IMG/VR virus record: IMGVR_UViG_3300008114_000046
Location: 6,869-70,868 of that record
Direction: 5' to 3' (one strand)
Source of the DNA: a virus
Taxonomy: Duplodnaviria; Caudoviricetes
DNA length: 64,000 nt
How positions within the stretch are numbered: position 1 is the stretch's first letter; each line of letters begins with the position of its first letter. The translations under genes were made by a program, and so were the position numbers. Shown piece after piece: positions 44,684 through 54,600 of the stretch. The notes beneath the pieces are model-generated. The model worked only from the letters and a program-made list of their open reading frames with translations. It made no database searches and was not told where the DNA came from.

Positions 44684-46954
44684 TTAGATTTTACAAGAGT
44701 CACAATCCTCATCATCTACTTGCCCTTGTGCTAGTGGTTTTGGTTCTTCAATTTCACCAGCACCGTCGAAGGTGTTGAAATAGTACAGAGTCTTACCGCC
44801 GTACTTATAATGCATCAAAAGGTGTTTAATCATTTCAGACATCGGAATCTTTTCATCCTCATAATGACGAGGATTGTAAGAAGTATTTACCGAGATTGCC
44901 TGATCGATAAACTTTTGTAGGACAGCCATAATCTTGAGATAACCCTCAGGAGATTTTTGATCCCATAGTAGTTCGTATTTATTCTTAAGCTTCTGAATAC
45001 CAGGGACAACCTGCTTTAGCACGCCGTCCTTCGACTGCTTGATCGATACCAGAGCACGAGGGGGTTCGATACCATTGGTCGAGTTTGAGATCTGAGCAGA
45101 GGTTTCTGCAGGCATGAGAGCCATCAGAGTCGAGTTACGTATGCCAGTTGATAGCGCTCTACTTGCAAGAATGCTCCATGGCATCTTATAGTTAGGAGCA
45201 ACCAACTCATCGACATCTTTCTTGTATGTATCGATTGGCATATACCCGTGCCCGTATTTGGTTTCATGGTCGAGCGGACATGCTCCTACTTCTTCAGCCA
45301 AGTCGACCGAGGCTTTAATAAGATAGTAGCTCCATGCTTCAGCATACTCATGCACCAGATCAAGGTCTGGATTAGAATAATTGGTGTCATTGCGAGCCAA
45401 CCAATAAGCAAAGTTGATGATACCAATGCCCAGAGGCCGACGATTCCGAGTACCAATAGCAGCGGCACGAACAGGATAGTCCTGATAATCCAATAGGGCA
45501 TCCAAAGCGCGTACTGCAATGGTGCATGGCTTTTCGAAATCAGACGGCTTTTTAATTCTTCCCCAATTGATTGCTGCAAGCGTGCAAAGGCTAATTTCGC
45601 CTGACTCATCATGAATATCCTTTAGCGGTGTAGTTGGCAGTGTAATCTCGCAGCATAGATTGCTCATCTTGATTGGAGCTGCTTCAGTAAACGAACCATG
45701 CTCATTGGCATGGTCTACGTTCATCAGATAGATTCGACCTGTGTCTTTTCTTTCGGTAACGAAGGCTGAGAAGAGATCAATCGCAGGGATGGTCTTTTTT
45801 CTGAGCTTGGTGTTTCTTTCTGCTCTTTCATAGAGTTCTCTAAACGTATCAACGCTCGTGTAAAACGCTTCATAGAGATCCGGTACATCACCAGGTGAGA
45901 AGAGGGTGATATTACCTCCAGATAGAAGTCTTTCATACATTACCTTATTAAACTGGACACCATAGTCCAAATGACGAATACGATTATCTTCTGTGCCCTT
46001 GTTATTCTTTAGGACAAGTAGATCCTCCACTTCGTAATGCCAAAGGGGGTAATAGAGTGTCGCCGCTCCACCACGGACACCACCTTGGCTACAAGATTTA
46101 ACAGCAGATTGAAAATGCTTCCAGAAAGGAATAACACCAGTGTGAGAAGCATCACCATTGCGTATAGGAGATCCAACAGCCCTAATACGACCGCCGCCAA
46201 TACCAATTCCAGCTTTCTGGCTAACGTACTTGACGATTGCTGAGGAGGTTGCATTTATTGAGTCCAGCGAGTCGTCAGTTTCGATAAGTACACACGAACT
46301 AAACTGACGTTGAGGGGAGCGCACGCCTGCCATGATAGGAGTAGGAAGACTAATGTCAAAAGTACTAATTGCGTCATAAAGTTCCTTTACCCATTTGAGA
46401 CGATCTTTTTTGTAATTTTGGAAGAGTGTCATGGCAATTAACATGAAAGCCATTTGAGGAGTTTCGTAAAACTTATTGGTTACACGATTACGGATAAGAT
46501 ACTTACCACGGAACTGTTCCATAGCAGCATAGGTCAGAAGATCATCACGAGTGTGGTCGATGTAATTGCCGAGTTCAATCCATTCCTCTGGCCAATACTT
46601 AGTTCCCAGTTCCTTGTCATAATACCCAGCATCAAAAACGTTTTCATAATGTTGCCATAGACGTTCTGGCTCATACTTACCATAGACTTCTTTACGAAGC
46701 TGGTAGTTGATTAGTCGACCTGCGACATACTGATAGTTGGGGTGATCTTCATCAATCAGATCAGCTGCTGCTTTGATGAGAGTTTCCTGGATATCTCCAG
46801 TTTTAATACCGTTGTAGAACTGAATGTGTGTTTTAATTTCTAGATCAGATACGGAAACGCCGGATAGACCTTCACATGCGTGCATAGCAACTTTGTGGAA
46901 CTTATTAATATCGAGAGGTTCGCGTGTTCCATCACGCTTCGTTACTTGAATCAT
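44684..46954 (-). CDS. nrdA: Ribonucleotide reductase class Ia alpha subunit with ATP cone
   Basis: VTKRDG, QFSSCVL, SNLCCEI, TLYY and C-terminal CDSC; uninterrupted. Confidence 0.97.
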   Translation of the reverse strand: MIQVTKRDGTREPLDINKFHKVAMHACEGLSGVSVSDLEIKTHIQFYNGIKTGDIQETLIKAAADLIDEDHPNYQYVAGRLINYQLRKEVYGKYEPERLWQHYENVFDAGYYDKELGTKYWPEEWIELGNYIDHTRDDLLTYAAMEQFRGKYLIRNRVTNKFYETPQMAFMLIAMTLFQNYKKDRLKWVKELYDAISTFDISLPTPIMAGVRSPQRQFSSCVLIETDDSLDSINATSSAIVKYVSQKAGIGIGGGRIRAVGSPIRNGDASHTGVIPFWKHFQSAVKSCSQGGVRGGAATLYYPLWHYEVEDLLVLKNNKGTEDNRIRHLDYGVQFNKVMYERLLSGGNITLFSPGDVPDLYEAFYTSVDTFRELYERAERNTKLRKKTIPAIDLFSAFVTERKDTGRIYLMNVDHANEHGSFTEAAPIKMSNLCCEITLPTTPLKDIHDESGEISLCTLAAINWGRIKKPSDFEKPCTIAVRALDALLDYQDYPVRAAAIGTRNRRPLGIGIINFAYWLARNDTNYSNPDLDLVHEYAEAWSYYLIKASVDLAEEVGACPLDHETKYGHGYMPIDTYKKDVDELVAPNYKMPWSILASRALSTGIRNSTLMALMPAETSAQISNSTNGIEPPRALVSIKQSKDGVLKQVVPGIQKLKNKYELLWDQKSPEGYLKIMAVLQKFIDQAISVNTSYNPRHYEDEKIPMSEMIKHLLMHYKYGGKTLYYFNTFDGAGEIEEPKPLAQGQVDDEDCDSCKI

Positions 46955-47102
46955 CCGCTTTCCCTAATGCCATAGTACCGTCTTCATAAATTCGCCATTC
47001 AAGGACTGTGTCTTCGTCCCATCCCATAGCTTCTATCGTTTCCGGTGGTAAATCTATATATAACTCGCCGTCTTCTGTTTGCTTAACAATTGTTCGCGTC
47101 AT
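46932..47102 (-). CDS. AbrB/MazE-like small DNA-binding protein
   Basis: EDGELYIDLPPETIEAMGWDEDTVLEW pattern. Confidence 0.6.
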   Translation of the reverse strand: MTRTIVKQTEDGELYIDLPPETIEAMGWDEDTVLEWRIYEDGTMALGKADDSSNEA

Positions 47103-47245
47103 GGCAACATCTCTATTCGATAAGGCGCTTCGTCTTTCCACCACGGATCTTCTGTAAGATCTTCTGCGACTTCGAGAGCTTCTTCTTCAGACTCAACATC
47201 TGCAACGACGATATCATTTTTATTATATACTAACCAATTGATCAT
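47099..47245 (-). CDS. Acidic hypothetical protein (48 aa, not in ORF track)
   Basis: MINWLVYNKNDIVVADVESEEEALEVAEDL...; ATGA overlaps at both ends. Confidence 0.55.
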   Translation of the reverse strand: MINWLVYNKNDIVVADVESEEEALEVAEDLTEDPWWKDEAPYRIEMLP

Positions 47246-47940
47246 GGAAGTTTCCTTTCGAATTCTGCTTGTGCTGCCATACTATCCATAGCAGCCTTCA
47301 CATCTGGAAAGTGGTGACAAATAATATCCCAGCACTGTTCGGCAACAATACGATGTTCTTTTTGAGTTGCCTTATCCATACGAAGTTCGCAGTAATGAAC
47401 CCATGAACGAAGCGAACCTGACATAATCATTACAGATTCTGTATTACCCTCAGGAAGAACCGCACGAGCCTGTTCCTTGGCAATACCATTATCAATAGCC
47501 CACTCATATGCATCTAATGCAGCATCAGTTGCAGCAACCTGTCTCATTGCCCACTCTTCTTGCAGGCGAGAGTCTTCAACATCTACTGAATTCTGTCGGT
47601 TCTTGGCATCCTGCAGGCGTGCTTCCCGTACAACAAATCCCAGATCCTGGGTTGGATCGGCGTAACGCTGACTGTACTCTTGGAATCTGAAAGAACTATG
47701 CCGCAAAATCTGGCGGGCAATATCTCTTGTTGTTCTGATTTCCATTGATACATGGACCATCTCCAAAGGTGACCAATGCTTGTTCTTAATCAGATACTGA
47801 ACAAGCTTCGGTGCTGTTGCTATGTTATTTTGATTGCTTGGATTAGATACTCGTGCTGCCCATGCAACCAGTTCATTAGCAGTCGAACACCCGGTGTATG
47901 CACTCGGCTTAGTAAGGCCGACCAAATTTACTTCACTCAT
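47242..47940 (-). CDS. thyX: Flavin-dependent thymidylate synthase
   Basis: HWSPLE, RQILRHSSFRFQEYSQRY (RHx8S-type ThyX motif), EQARAVLP. Confidence 0.93.
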   Translation of the reverse strand: MSEVNLVGLTKPSAYTGCSTANELVAWAARVSNPSNQNNIATAPKLVQYLIKNKHWSPLEMVHVSMEIRTTRDIARQILRHSSFRFQEYSQRYADPTQDLGFVVREARLQDAKNRQNSVDVEDSRLQEEWAMRQVAATDAALDAYEWAIDNGIAKEQARAVLPEGNTESVMIMSGSLRSWVHYCELRMDKATQKEHRIVAEQCWDIICHHFPDVKAAMDSMAAQAEFERKLP

Positions 47941-48066
47941 TTTTTACCCTTTATATGTGCTTCACAATATCGCTGACCATTGGTGGCTTTATCACCAAGG
48001 AGAGTAACTTTCCATACTTCACCGGTGATAGTCTTCATTTCATATTCATCTATCTTCGTGATTGGT

Positions 48067-48333
48067 TCACTCAATTACAAATTCCTTCACCTTCTGGAAT
48101 CGTGCAATGTTTACGTATCCATTGTCTGTTAGTTCTTTTACTCGACCAAGAGCATCATAGTACTCAACATACTGTCCATCATTGTACCACCAGAAGTAAT
48201 CCCACGGTGCCCATAGACGAGGAGTACGCTGATACTCTACAAGCCACTGCTTGCCTACTCGGAAGATTCGAAGTTTCTTGATTACAATCTTTTCGTACTC
48301 GATTCCGAATTCATTGATTACTAAATCATCCAT
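48067..48333 (-). CDS. Hypothetical protein
   Basis: Operon continuity. Confidence 0.55.
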   Translation of the reverse strand: MDDLVINEFGIEYEKIVIKKLRIFRVGKQWLVEYQRTPRLWAPWDYFWWYNDGQYVEYYDALGRVKELTDNGYVNIARFQKVKEFVIE

Positions 48334-48559
48334 ATCCGTTTCCTATGTGATTAAACAAGTTAGGGTCGAAATAAACAATGCCTTCACCACACGATTCAAT
48401 ATCTTCTATATCACGAGATGATACTCTGACATACTTTGAAAAGAATTCAATACCACGTAGATCGATAATCAACTTAGTTGCAGTTGGCACCATGTTGGCA
48501 TTGTAAACAACCCAAGTCAGATCTTTCTCTGGCAACGTCAGAATTCTATCAACGGTCAC
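48326..48559 (-). CDS. Hypothetical protein (start uncertain)
   Basis: The track ORF 48326-48616 overlaps primase; GTG 48559 is more plausible. Confidence 0.45.
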   Translation of the reverse strand: MTVDRILTLPEKDLTWVVYNANMVPTATKLIIDLRGIEFFSKYVRVSSRDIEDIESCGEGIVYFDPNLFNHIGNGYG

Positions 48560-49568
48560 GGCGCCATAAAGCGAAATGTAGTTTCGCAGTCGGTCCGGAG
48601 TAAGTGCATTCATCAATAATTTCCTTCACTTGTTCTGGTGTGTATCCAGCCAAGACCATGTCATTGATGTCTTTGTGCTCGATACTTCTGGGCCAGATAC
48701 AAACTCGATATCCAGCCTCAATTGTTTTTTCTACCTTCTTGACAATTTCTTTGTTACGAGGTTCATTATCGTATATTACAACCATACTATCTTTTGGTAA
48801 ATCTGTCAACAACAATTGTGAAATTAAATCACTACCAGCAGATGCAATTGCATTTGGAATAAATAATGAGTCAATTGGACCCTCAACTAAATATATATCT
48901 TTAGTTCGATCAACAGTATCCATCCCGAAAATTTTTGGTTTACTTTCATCTAACATGATGGTAATATAGCGTAGGCCGTTCTTCTTGAACGATCTACCCT
49001 GGAAACCAAAGAGCTTTTTATCTTCATCGAGGAATGGAATGACGAGTCGAGGTTCGTTCTCCACCTCAGCTTTGAACTTATCAGGAATCATAGAGTTCAC
49101 CCATGAGGCAAACTTCTTAGAATAAAAGAGCTTATAATGAGAAGTAGTTGGAATTAGTCGACCATCAACCCATTGCTTCACAGGATGATCTGGCTTTAAC
49201 TTACTCACTTTAATGAGCTCGGCGAGTTGAGTCTCTTTGACAAAGACCGGCGGCTTCATCTTCTGAGCAAACTCGTGCGTCTCGTTAGTTTGATTATTCT
49301 CTTTAATTTTTTCCTTGACATATTCCAGATATAGTGTAGGATCTATAGACTTGATCAGATACTGGAATCGCATAGAGGCGCCACAGTTGTGACAGAAATA
49401 ACGAAGCTTACCACCACGCTGAAAGACGTAACCACGAGTCTTTCTTTTATCCTTCTCGGAGTCACCGCAGATAGGACAACGGAATCGATAGGTCTCAGAT
49501 CCGACTCGAGCAAATCTTTCTAACCTACCGGATAACAGATTAATGTATTTGTGATCTAACCAAATCAA
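48549..49568 (-). CDS. gp61: DNA primase gp61
   Basis: RCPICGDS...CHNCG zinc finger; RLVIPF, FQGR, VEGPIDSLF, YDNEPRN, KDINDM. Confidence 0.95.
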   Translation of the reverse strand: MIWLDHKYINLLSGRLERFARVGSETYRFRCPICGDSEKDKRKTRGYVFQRGGKLRYFCHNCGASMRFQYLIKSIDPTLYLEYVKEKIKENNQTNETHEFAQKMKPPVFVKETQLAELIKVSKLKPDHPVKQWVDGRLIPTTSHYKLFYSKKFASWVNSMIPDKFKAEVENEPRLVIPFLDEDKKLFGFQGRSFKKNGLRYITIMLDESKPKIFGMDTVDRTKDIYLVEGPIDSLFIPNAIASAGSDLISQLLLTDLPKDSMVVIYDNEPRNKEIVKKVEKTIEAGYRVCIWPRSIEHKDINDMVLAGYTPEQVKEIIDECTYSGPTAKLHFALWRRDR

Positions 49569-49594
49569 GGTATTACTCCAAAGCTGATAGTATC

Positions 49595-49623
49595 ATTATA
49601 CTCAGTTTGGAAAATAAGTACAC
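49595..49623 (-). promoter_or_regulatory. Probable sigma70-like promoter of primase
   Basis: GTGTAC-17-TATAAT, similar to the TGTACA variant at 32735. Confidence 0.5.
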
Positions 49624-49638
49624 AAAAAAGTGCTGTGA

Positions 49639-50112
49639 TTAGAAAAATTTATCCCACGGGATAAGAGTAATAAGTCCACCTACAATAGCGGATCCACCAA
49701 TCACAGTCCACATCCACTTTTCCATGGTTGTAATGCGATTGCTGAGTGTATTATGTTGTACTGTAGATTCAGCACGCATCTCTTTGATTTCTTTCATCAA
49801 GTCGTCGTACTGATTGTCGATGCTCTCTTTGAGCTCGCGTTCGCCTGAAGAAATACGTTCGTGCAGGATTTGAATCTTGTCGTCTGTTTCCACTCTACGT
49901 GCTTCCACTAAATCTGCTAGTTGTTTACTTATTATCTCTTGAGAAGTCAGTTTAGTTTCATGCACAGCTAATAGACTTGATACGCTGTTTGAAATGTCTG
50001 TAAGTTTATCAATAGTAGTATCCAAACGATCAACAAGCGCGCCAACAACTGCCATATCTTTACGTAGATACGACATGTCCTCAGCTAGCTTGTTGACGTT
50101 TGTAGCAGCCAT
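49639..50112 (-). CDS. Coiled-coil protein with C-terminal TM helix
   Basis: Heptad-rich body, then WMWTVIGGSAIVGGLITLI. Confidence 0.7.
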   Translation of the reverse strand: MAATNVNKLAEDMSYLRKDMAVVGALVDRLDTTIDKLTDISNSVSSLLAVHETKLTSQEIISKQLADLVEARRVETDDKIQILHERISSGERELKESIDNQYDDLMKEIKEMRAESTVQHNTLSNRITTMEKWMWTVIGGSAIVGGLITLIPWDKFF

Positions 50113-50351
50113 TATTCAGTTGGTTCCGTTCCAGCTTTCATAGCAAGAGCAGCGCCACCGGCAGCAAGTACTGCACCTAGACCAATACCCCATGTTGATG
50201 CATCAAATGCAGCACCACGATAGATATCATAGATCGAGAGGCCAAAGAAGATGATTACTCCTTTGGCCCACAAGATTCTACCTAGGTCAAGCGTCTTATT
50301 ATCTTTTCCAGTGAATGTCTGGAAAATCAGATTCTTTAACTTAGCAAACAT
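50112..50351 (-). CDS. Two-TM membrane protein, holin candidate
   Basis: Two hydrophobic helices; close to the spanins; start MFAKLK with RBS GGAG. Confidence 0.5.
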   Translation of the reverse strand: MFAKLKNLIFQTFTGKDNKTLDLGRILWAKGVIIFFGLSIYDIYRGAAFDASTWGIGLGAVLAAGGAALAMKAGTEPTE

Positions 50352-50384
50352 TTTTGAGACTCCGTTTGAAAACGAAATCATAAT

Positions 50385-50834
50385 TTAGAAAGGACCGTGG
50401 TCCTCGTCAGAGTCACGATATTTGTCGATTGCAGCCATCATCTTGATTTCATTGTCAGTTTCAATTGACTCGGCTTGAGCATTGATAACATGAGCTTCTG
50501 CAAGTGCTTTATGATCTGTCTTACCAAGCTCTTGTGTCTTGATATTTGGATCGAATTCAGTTACCTTCATACCCATCATCGTAGCAAAGGCACCAACAAA
50601 GGCACCAACGATGGTCGAGAATGCAGGACCAATAATCTTAAAGATCTCGTTATTGTCAATCAGTTCATTTGGCATGAACATACCAACAAGGAAGATTGCA
50701 ACAACTGCAAGCATGATTGCGCCAAGAATAGTAGCAGCCATCTTCATGATGGTTAGCTGAATCTTGCCTTTTTCAAGTTCTAGTTGTTCGAACGATGTAA
50801 TTGGCGGTGTTGAGAAAAACGACATTAAACTCAT
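50385..50834 (-). CDS. Two-TM membrane protein
   Basis: ILGAIMLAVVAIFLVGMF and FSTIVGAFVGAFATMMG segments. Confidence 0.65.
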   Translation of the reverse strand: MSLMSFFSTPPITSFEQLELEKGKIQLTIMKMAATILGAIMLAVVAIFLVGMFMPNELIDNNEIFKIIGPAFSTIVGAFVGAFATMMGMKVTEFDPNIKTQELGKTDHKALAEAHVINAQAESIETDNEIKMMAAIDKYRDSDEDHGPF

Positions 50835-51034
50835 TTCTTTTTTACACCCTTTACTACTTTCTTCACGGCAGCTGCAGCTTCAGCAACTTCGTTGATTGCT
50901 TCATTTGCAGCTTTTGCATTCTTATCAGCAAGTGCTTTTGCAACTTCAAGATCTTCTGCTGTTACTTTACCGTCTTTGTTTAGGTCAAGTAGACCAAACC
51001 ACTTTTTAATTTTTTCCCACATGGTTATCTCCAT
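50831..51034 (-). CDS. Small EF-hand-motif protein
   Basis: DLNKDGKVTAED loop. Confidence 0.6.
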   Translation of the reverse strand: MEITMWEKIKKWFGLLDLNKDGKVTAEDLEVAKALADKNAKAANEAINEVAEAAAAVKKVVKGVKKK

Positions 51035-51255
51035 TACTTTTTTATTGTTGTAGCAAGTTTACGAGCAACACTGAGTGGAAGACCATCTTTAGAAGTATTT
51101 AATAGTCCGAGTGCTGCAATCAAAGCGAGCATAGTCTTAGAATCATCTTTACCGCCTACGCGATTAAGAGAGTTAGCAATGACGTTGACAAGGTTATCCT
51201 TTGAAGGAGTATCTTCTGTGTCTTCTGGCTTGTCAAAATCTTTAAACTTCTTCAT
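51034..51255 (-). CDS. Hypothetical protein with MKKFKDF N-terminus
   Basis: Coupled at both ends. Confidence 0.6.
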   Translation of the reverse strand: MKKFKDFDKPEDTEDTPSKDNLVNVIANSLNRVGGKDDSKTMLALIAALGLLNTSKDGLPLSVARKLATTIKK

Positions 51256-51764
51256 TTCTTTTTCTCTTTGGCCATGGCATCAACTGCTTCTTTATTCTGA
51301 ATTATCCATTGCTGGAGTTGTCTGATGTGCTCGGCGTTGGCTTGGCATCTGGAGTAGTTGCCGATGATGGCGAGGAGGGCTGTAGTGTCTGTAATTCCTG
51401 AGGGGGACGCATCAGAAGCTCTGGCGGTGTCGGCATCACCGGATGTGGCACTAAGGTCGTGCGTGTACACCCAGCCGTTAGACATATCGTGCTGAGTAGG
51501 AACAGAGTCTTTAACGATGTCGCGGTATACATATTCTTTCTCTCTAATTGTGTTAACTCTATCAACATATTCAGTGACTACCTGAGTAGAAATTGCAGAA
51601 TTCTTCCGCTCCAGTTCCGCAACTTGCGCACTCTTTTCGGCAGAAAATCTAGCCAACTCAGCTTCTGCATAAGCAGATCCCTTCATATATCCAAATACAA
51701 ATACCCCTACAAGAGCACCGCCGATAGCAAGTAGCTTATATGGTAGAGGAATCATACCCAACAT
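51252..51764 (-). CDS. Inner-membrane spanin (Rz-like)
   Basis: N-terminal TM helix, periplasmic coiled coil, NYSRCQANAEHIRQLQQWI C-terminus; contains an embedded lipoprotein ORF. Confidence 0.78.
   Translation of the reverse strand: MLGMIPLPYKLLAIGGALVGVFVFGYMKGSAYAEAELARFSAEKSAQVAELERKNSAISTQVVTEYVDRVNTIREKEYVYRDIVKDSVPTQHDMSNGWVYTHDLSATSGDADTARASDASPSGITDTTALLAIIGNYSRCQANAEHIRQLQQWIIQNKEAVDAMAKEKKK
51302..51532 (-). CDS. Outer-membrane spanin lipoprotein (Rz1-like), fully embedded
   Basis: MYTATSLKTLFLLSTICLTAG|C lipobox followed by Pro-rich PHPVMPTPPELLMRPP. Confidence 0.78.
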   Translation of the reverse strand: MYTATSLKTLFLLSTICLTAGCTRTTLVPHPVMPTPPELLMRPPQELQTLQPSSPSSATTPDAKPTPSTSDNSSNG

Positions 51765-51767
51765 AAT

Positions 51768-52511
51768 TTATTTCCTTGCAAATCTTTTAAAACTCGCGAG
51801 TACTACTTTCTTCTTTTTCTTCATGTGTACGCCCGGTTCACCTTGTGGACCTACACCAATTCCAGCAACATTACCAGCACCAGCAGCGTTCACTGCAACT
51901 TCTTCATGCATATCATGTTCTGAATCAAGTTCTTTAAACTTTGATTGAACACCACGATGAAACGCTGCAGCATGTGAGTGCGAAGCAAACTTGAATGCTG
52001 CGCCTTTATCAGATGCATAATCTAATTTACCGCCGTGCGCTTCAATGTGCTTCTTAAACTCTGGTGAATTCATTTGCTTTTCACCCTGAGAGTCGTATGT
52101 CTTGACATGTACAGAGTGAGCAACTTCTTCCCCAAATGTTGCAGCTACTTTGGTAAGTTTATAACCGCCACGTGCAGGGTTAGTTTTTTTACTTGCAAGC
52201 AAACGGCCACGCGCTCGATGCATAGGTTCATCGCGCTTTTCAGCTTCTTTTCTTGCTTTCTTACCATAATTAAAAAGAGTCTTACTTGAAAGTTCATCAA
52301 TCTGAACTTCTTCTTGCATCTCAGTTGCCATGTAGTCAGCAGCGGTTTGCATATAGTCATAGGCAAGTGTCACCTTTGACTGCACCCACTCAGGAAGATC
52401 TGTATCTGGCTTCAGCATATCATGCATTTGATTGGCGTGATTCATAATGCCTTTGAGTTGAGACATTACCATCTCACCTTCATAGCCGTATTCTCTTGGA
52501 TCTTTAGCCAT
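51768..52511 (-). CDS. Probable virion-internal protein with modular segments
   Basis: EGEMVMSQL...LPEWVQSKVTLAYDY block; IDELSSKTLFNYGKKA repeat unit; EE-delimited segments. Confidence 0.6.
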   Translation of the reverse strand: MAKDPREYGYEGEMVMSQLKGIMNHANQMHDMLKPDTDLPEWVQSKVTLAYDYMQTAADYMATEMQEEVQIDELSSKTLFNYGKKARKEAEKRDEPMHRARGRLLASKKTNPARGGYKLTKVAATFGEEVAHSVHVKTYDSQGEKQMNSPEFKKHIEAHGGKLDYASDKGAAFKFASHSHAAAFHRGVQSKFKELDSEHDMHEEVAVNAAGAGNVAGIGVGPQGEPGVHMKKKKKVVLASFKRFARK

Positions 52512-52900
52512 TAAATCTTCCTTAGAATCTTGATTATATTCTCGTCCATCGCAATGTCTGAACTAAATATGGTTTTGTTCTGGAACCCGATACCTTTGAC
52601 TATATCAGGCATATGTCCTAATAATACAATGAATGGTTTCAACATATGATGATAACCATCTAACTTAAAGAAAAGCATTCGTGTAGCTGGTGGACCAAAT
52701 ACATTATAAAGAATAATCAAATGATTGATTACCAGTCTTTCTTTGAGTTCACCAGTTTCTTCATAACGATTAAACAATCTTTTGATATATTTGAATCGAG
52801 CTAGATCCTCATAAAATTCAAGTGTATCAAAACATTGTGGGTTATCATAATGTTTTGCGGCGTATAACAAAAAGTTTGTTTCATCAAGTTTATCAATCAT
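52511..52900 (-). CDS. Conserved T4-like hypothetical protein
   Basis: NFLLYAAKHYDNPQC...EFYEDLARFKYIKRL...LKERLVINHLIILYNVFG motif. Confidence 0.8.
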   Translation of the reverse strand: MIDKLDETNFLLYAAKHYDNPQCFDTLEFYEDLARFKYIKRLFNRYEETGELKERLVINHLIILYNVFGPPATRMLFFKLDGYHHMLKPFIVLLGHMPDIVKGIGFQNKTIFSSDIAMDENIIKILRKI

Positions 52901-53151
52901 TATGCAATTCTTACTTTGACAACCCCTGCAGCAGTATAGTATAGTTGTCCGAGTGCAACACCCGCGGTGTTGGCAGCTGTATCATCTGCATAAGGACCTT
53001 GTACGATAGCTTTACGTAGTGTGGATAATGTAGCAGACTTGGTCGTGTTAGCGGAGACATCCTCAACAATGAAGAGGTCCCCGCTAGCAATCGACGTGTT
53101 GGCCGTGCCAATCGAAGTGAATTCAGTTATTTTTTTGGCACGATCAGTCAT
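52900..53151 (-). CDS. Small structural-type hypothetical protein
   Basis: KKITEF..., GPYADDTAANTAGVALGQLYY. Confidence 0.6.
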   Translation of the reverse strand: MTDRAKKITEFTSIGTANTSIASGDLFIVEDVSANTTKSATLSTLRKAIVQGPYADDTAANTAGVALGQLYYTAAGVVKVRIA

Positions 53152-53160
53152 GAGTTATCC

Positions 53161-54006
53161 TTATGCGTCTGGCAGGATTGCGTCGTCAGATGCGTCATCC
53201 GAGAAGTTGCCACCAAATGCAACTAGTGTTTCGTACTGTACGCGACCTGCACGACCACCAGTACCAACTGTGCGCATTACCCAACCAGTATGAGCTGCAC
53301 CCTTGGTGTAACCGGCTTCAGTCAGTTCAGCAACTGCAGTAGCAGTTTCACCTGTCAGAGAGTGACCGGTTTCTGTTAGGCCCTTTGTCAGGTCGATCGT
53401 ATCACCGTTAGGAACAGTTGTAAGTGTAACAGCTGTTGAGTTCGATGTCTTGATAAAATATGCTGTGCCTGATGCCAGGTTTGTCAGCGCAGTATTACCA
53501 GCAGCAACAGTATAGGTTACTCTGTCGCCAGCAAGGAAGATACTATTTGCAGATGAGATTGCAATAGCGTCTGTTGCGTTTGTGACAGCTGAGTTAGCAT
53601 TGAAGCTTTGTGCACCTGGTGCAGCAATTGTTACTGAAGGAGCAGATGTATATCCACCAACAGTTACGTTAGCTGTGACTGCAGTAATGCGACCACCTGT
53701 TGCTGCAGAATTAGCAAGCTGTGTATTTGCGCCGCCAGATGTATTTGCAACTGTTACAGCAGCATTTGCAGCGTAACCAGAACCTGGGTTGGTAATAATA
53801 TACTGTTGAACTGCAGCATTGCCAGAAACACGAATTTCTGTAGCATCTAGACCAAATTGGCCTACTGCTTCATTAGCAATAAATGCACCAACAGTTGTGT
53901 TACCAAACAGAGCTGATTGGTTTGTTGTGTTAGGTGTTTTGTTAACTAACGCTGTAGCCCATAGGACCGAGTTTGCAGCGTCATCTGTATTGCCCCATTG
54001 AGCCAT
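53161..54006 (-). CDS. Virion structural protein carrying the repeated baseplate module
   Basis: MAQWGNTD...HTGWV...GRAGRVQYETLVA; AATAAATA late-like box and GGAGG RBS upstream. Confidence 0.7.
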   Translation of the reverse strand: MAQWGNTDDAANSVLWATALVNKTPNTTNQSALFGNTTVGAFIANEAVGQFGLDATEIRVSGNAAVQQYIITNPGSGYAANAAVTVANTSGGANTQLANSAATGGRITAVTANVTVGGYTSAPSVTIAAPGAQSFNANSAVTNATDAIAISSANSIFLAGDRVTYTVAAGNTALTNLASGTAYFIKTSNSTAVTLTTVPNGDTIDLTKGLTETGHSLTGETATAVAELTEAGYTKGAAHTGWVMRTVGTGGRAGRVQYETLVAFGGNFSDDASDDAILPDA

Positions 54007-54039
54007 TGTAGTTTCCTCCTAAGAACTTTCTTTTATTTA

Positions 54040-54234
54040 TTATTCTTCTGTAGTGAGCATGTCGATCATGTACTGAGACATTTTCTTATGAAATCTTTTT
54101 GGTCGACCATTGACCATCACGGTGTGTTCAGGCATAGGCTTCTCAGAAAGAATAATCTCCTTTGTAGCAGATTCTTCCTGTGCCTTTACGACATCTACAC
54201 CATTAACTACTAAACCGCCTACGTTGATAGCCAT
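54040..54234 (-). CDS. Hypothetical protein
   Basis: Operon continuity. Confidence 0.55.
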   Translation of the reverse strand: MAINVGGLVVNGVDVVKAQEESATKEIILSEKPMPEHTVMVNGRPKRFHKKMSQYMIDMLTTEE

Positions 54235-54235
54235 A

Positions 54236-54600
54236 TTAGTGCCTATATCTTACGATCTCGCCAGTGTCCTTCGAAGCCTTAGGAACTGGAGCAGATACAG
54301 CTTTGACAAATTCTGCGTGTGACTTATGAGCTTGCTTTTGGAAAGCAGCTTTTTCTTGAGTAGTTCTGCGAGCAGCCATGTGATCTTCAAAGCGATCTGC
54401 ATGGTTAGCAGAAATTTCATGTTCCTTATTGTCCATGAAACGAACTTTTTTGTTCATTGACTTGGCTTTACGAAGTTGCATACCAAGAGCTACCATATCG
54501 TCGCTGGCTTGATTTTGCTTTGCATGCCAAGCAGCCGAACCTTCCTTTGGTGGACGGCCACGACCTTCTTCAAGTTCTACTTCTTCTTTAGCAAGATTGT
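54236..54600 (-). CDS. C-terminal fragment of the 55584 protein (out of frame)
   Basis: The frame is open upstream of the track ATG: NLAKEEVELEEGRGRPPKEGSAAWHAK...MVALG; continues the KEEVExxE repeat style. Confidence 0.6.

Noticed and set aside
42706-46954. Group I introns or inteins in nrdA/nrdB
   Set aside because: Both ORFs are continuous and of normal length
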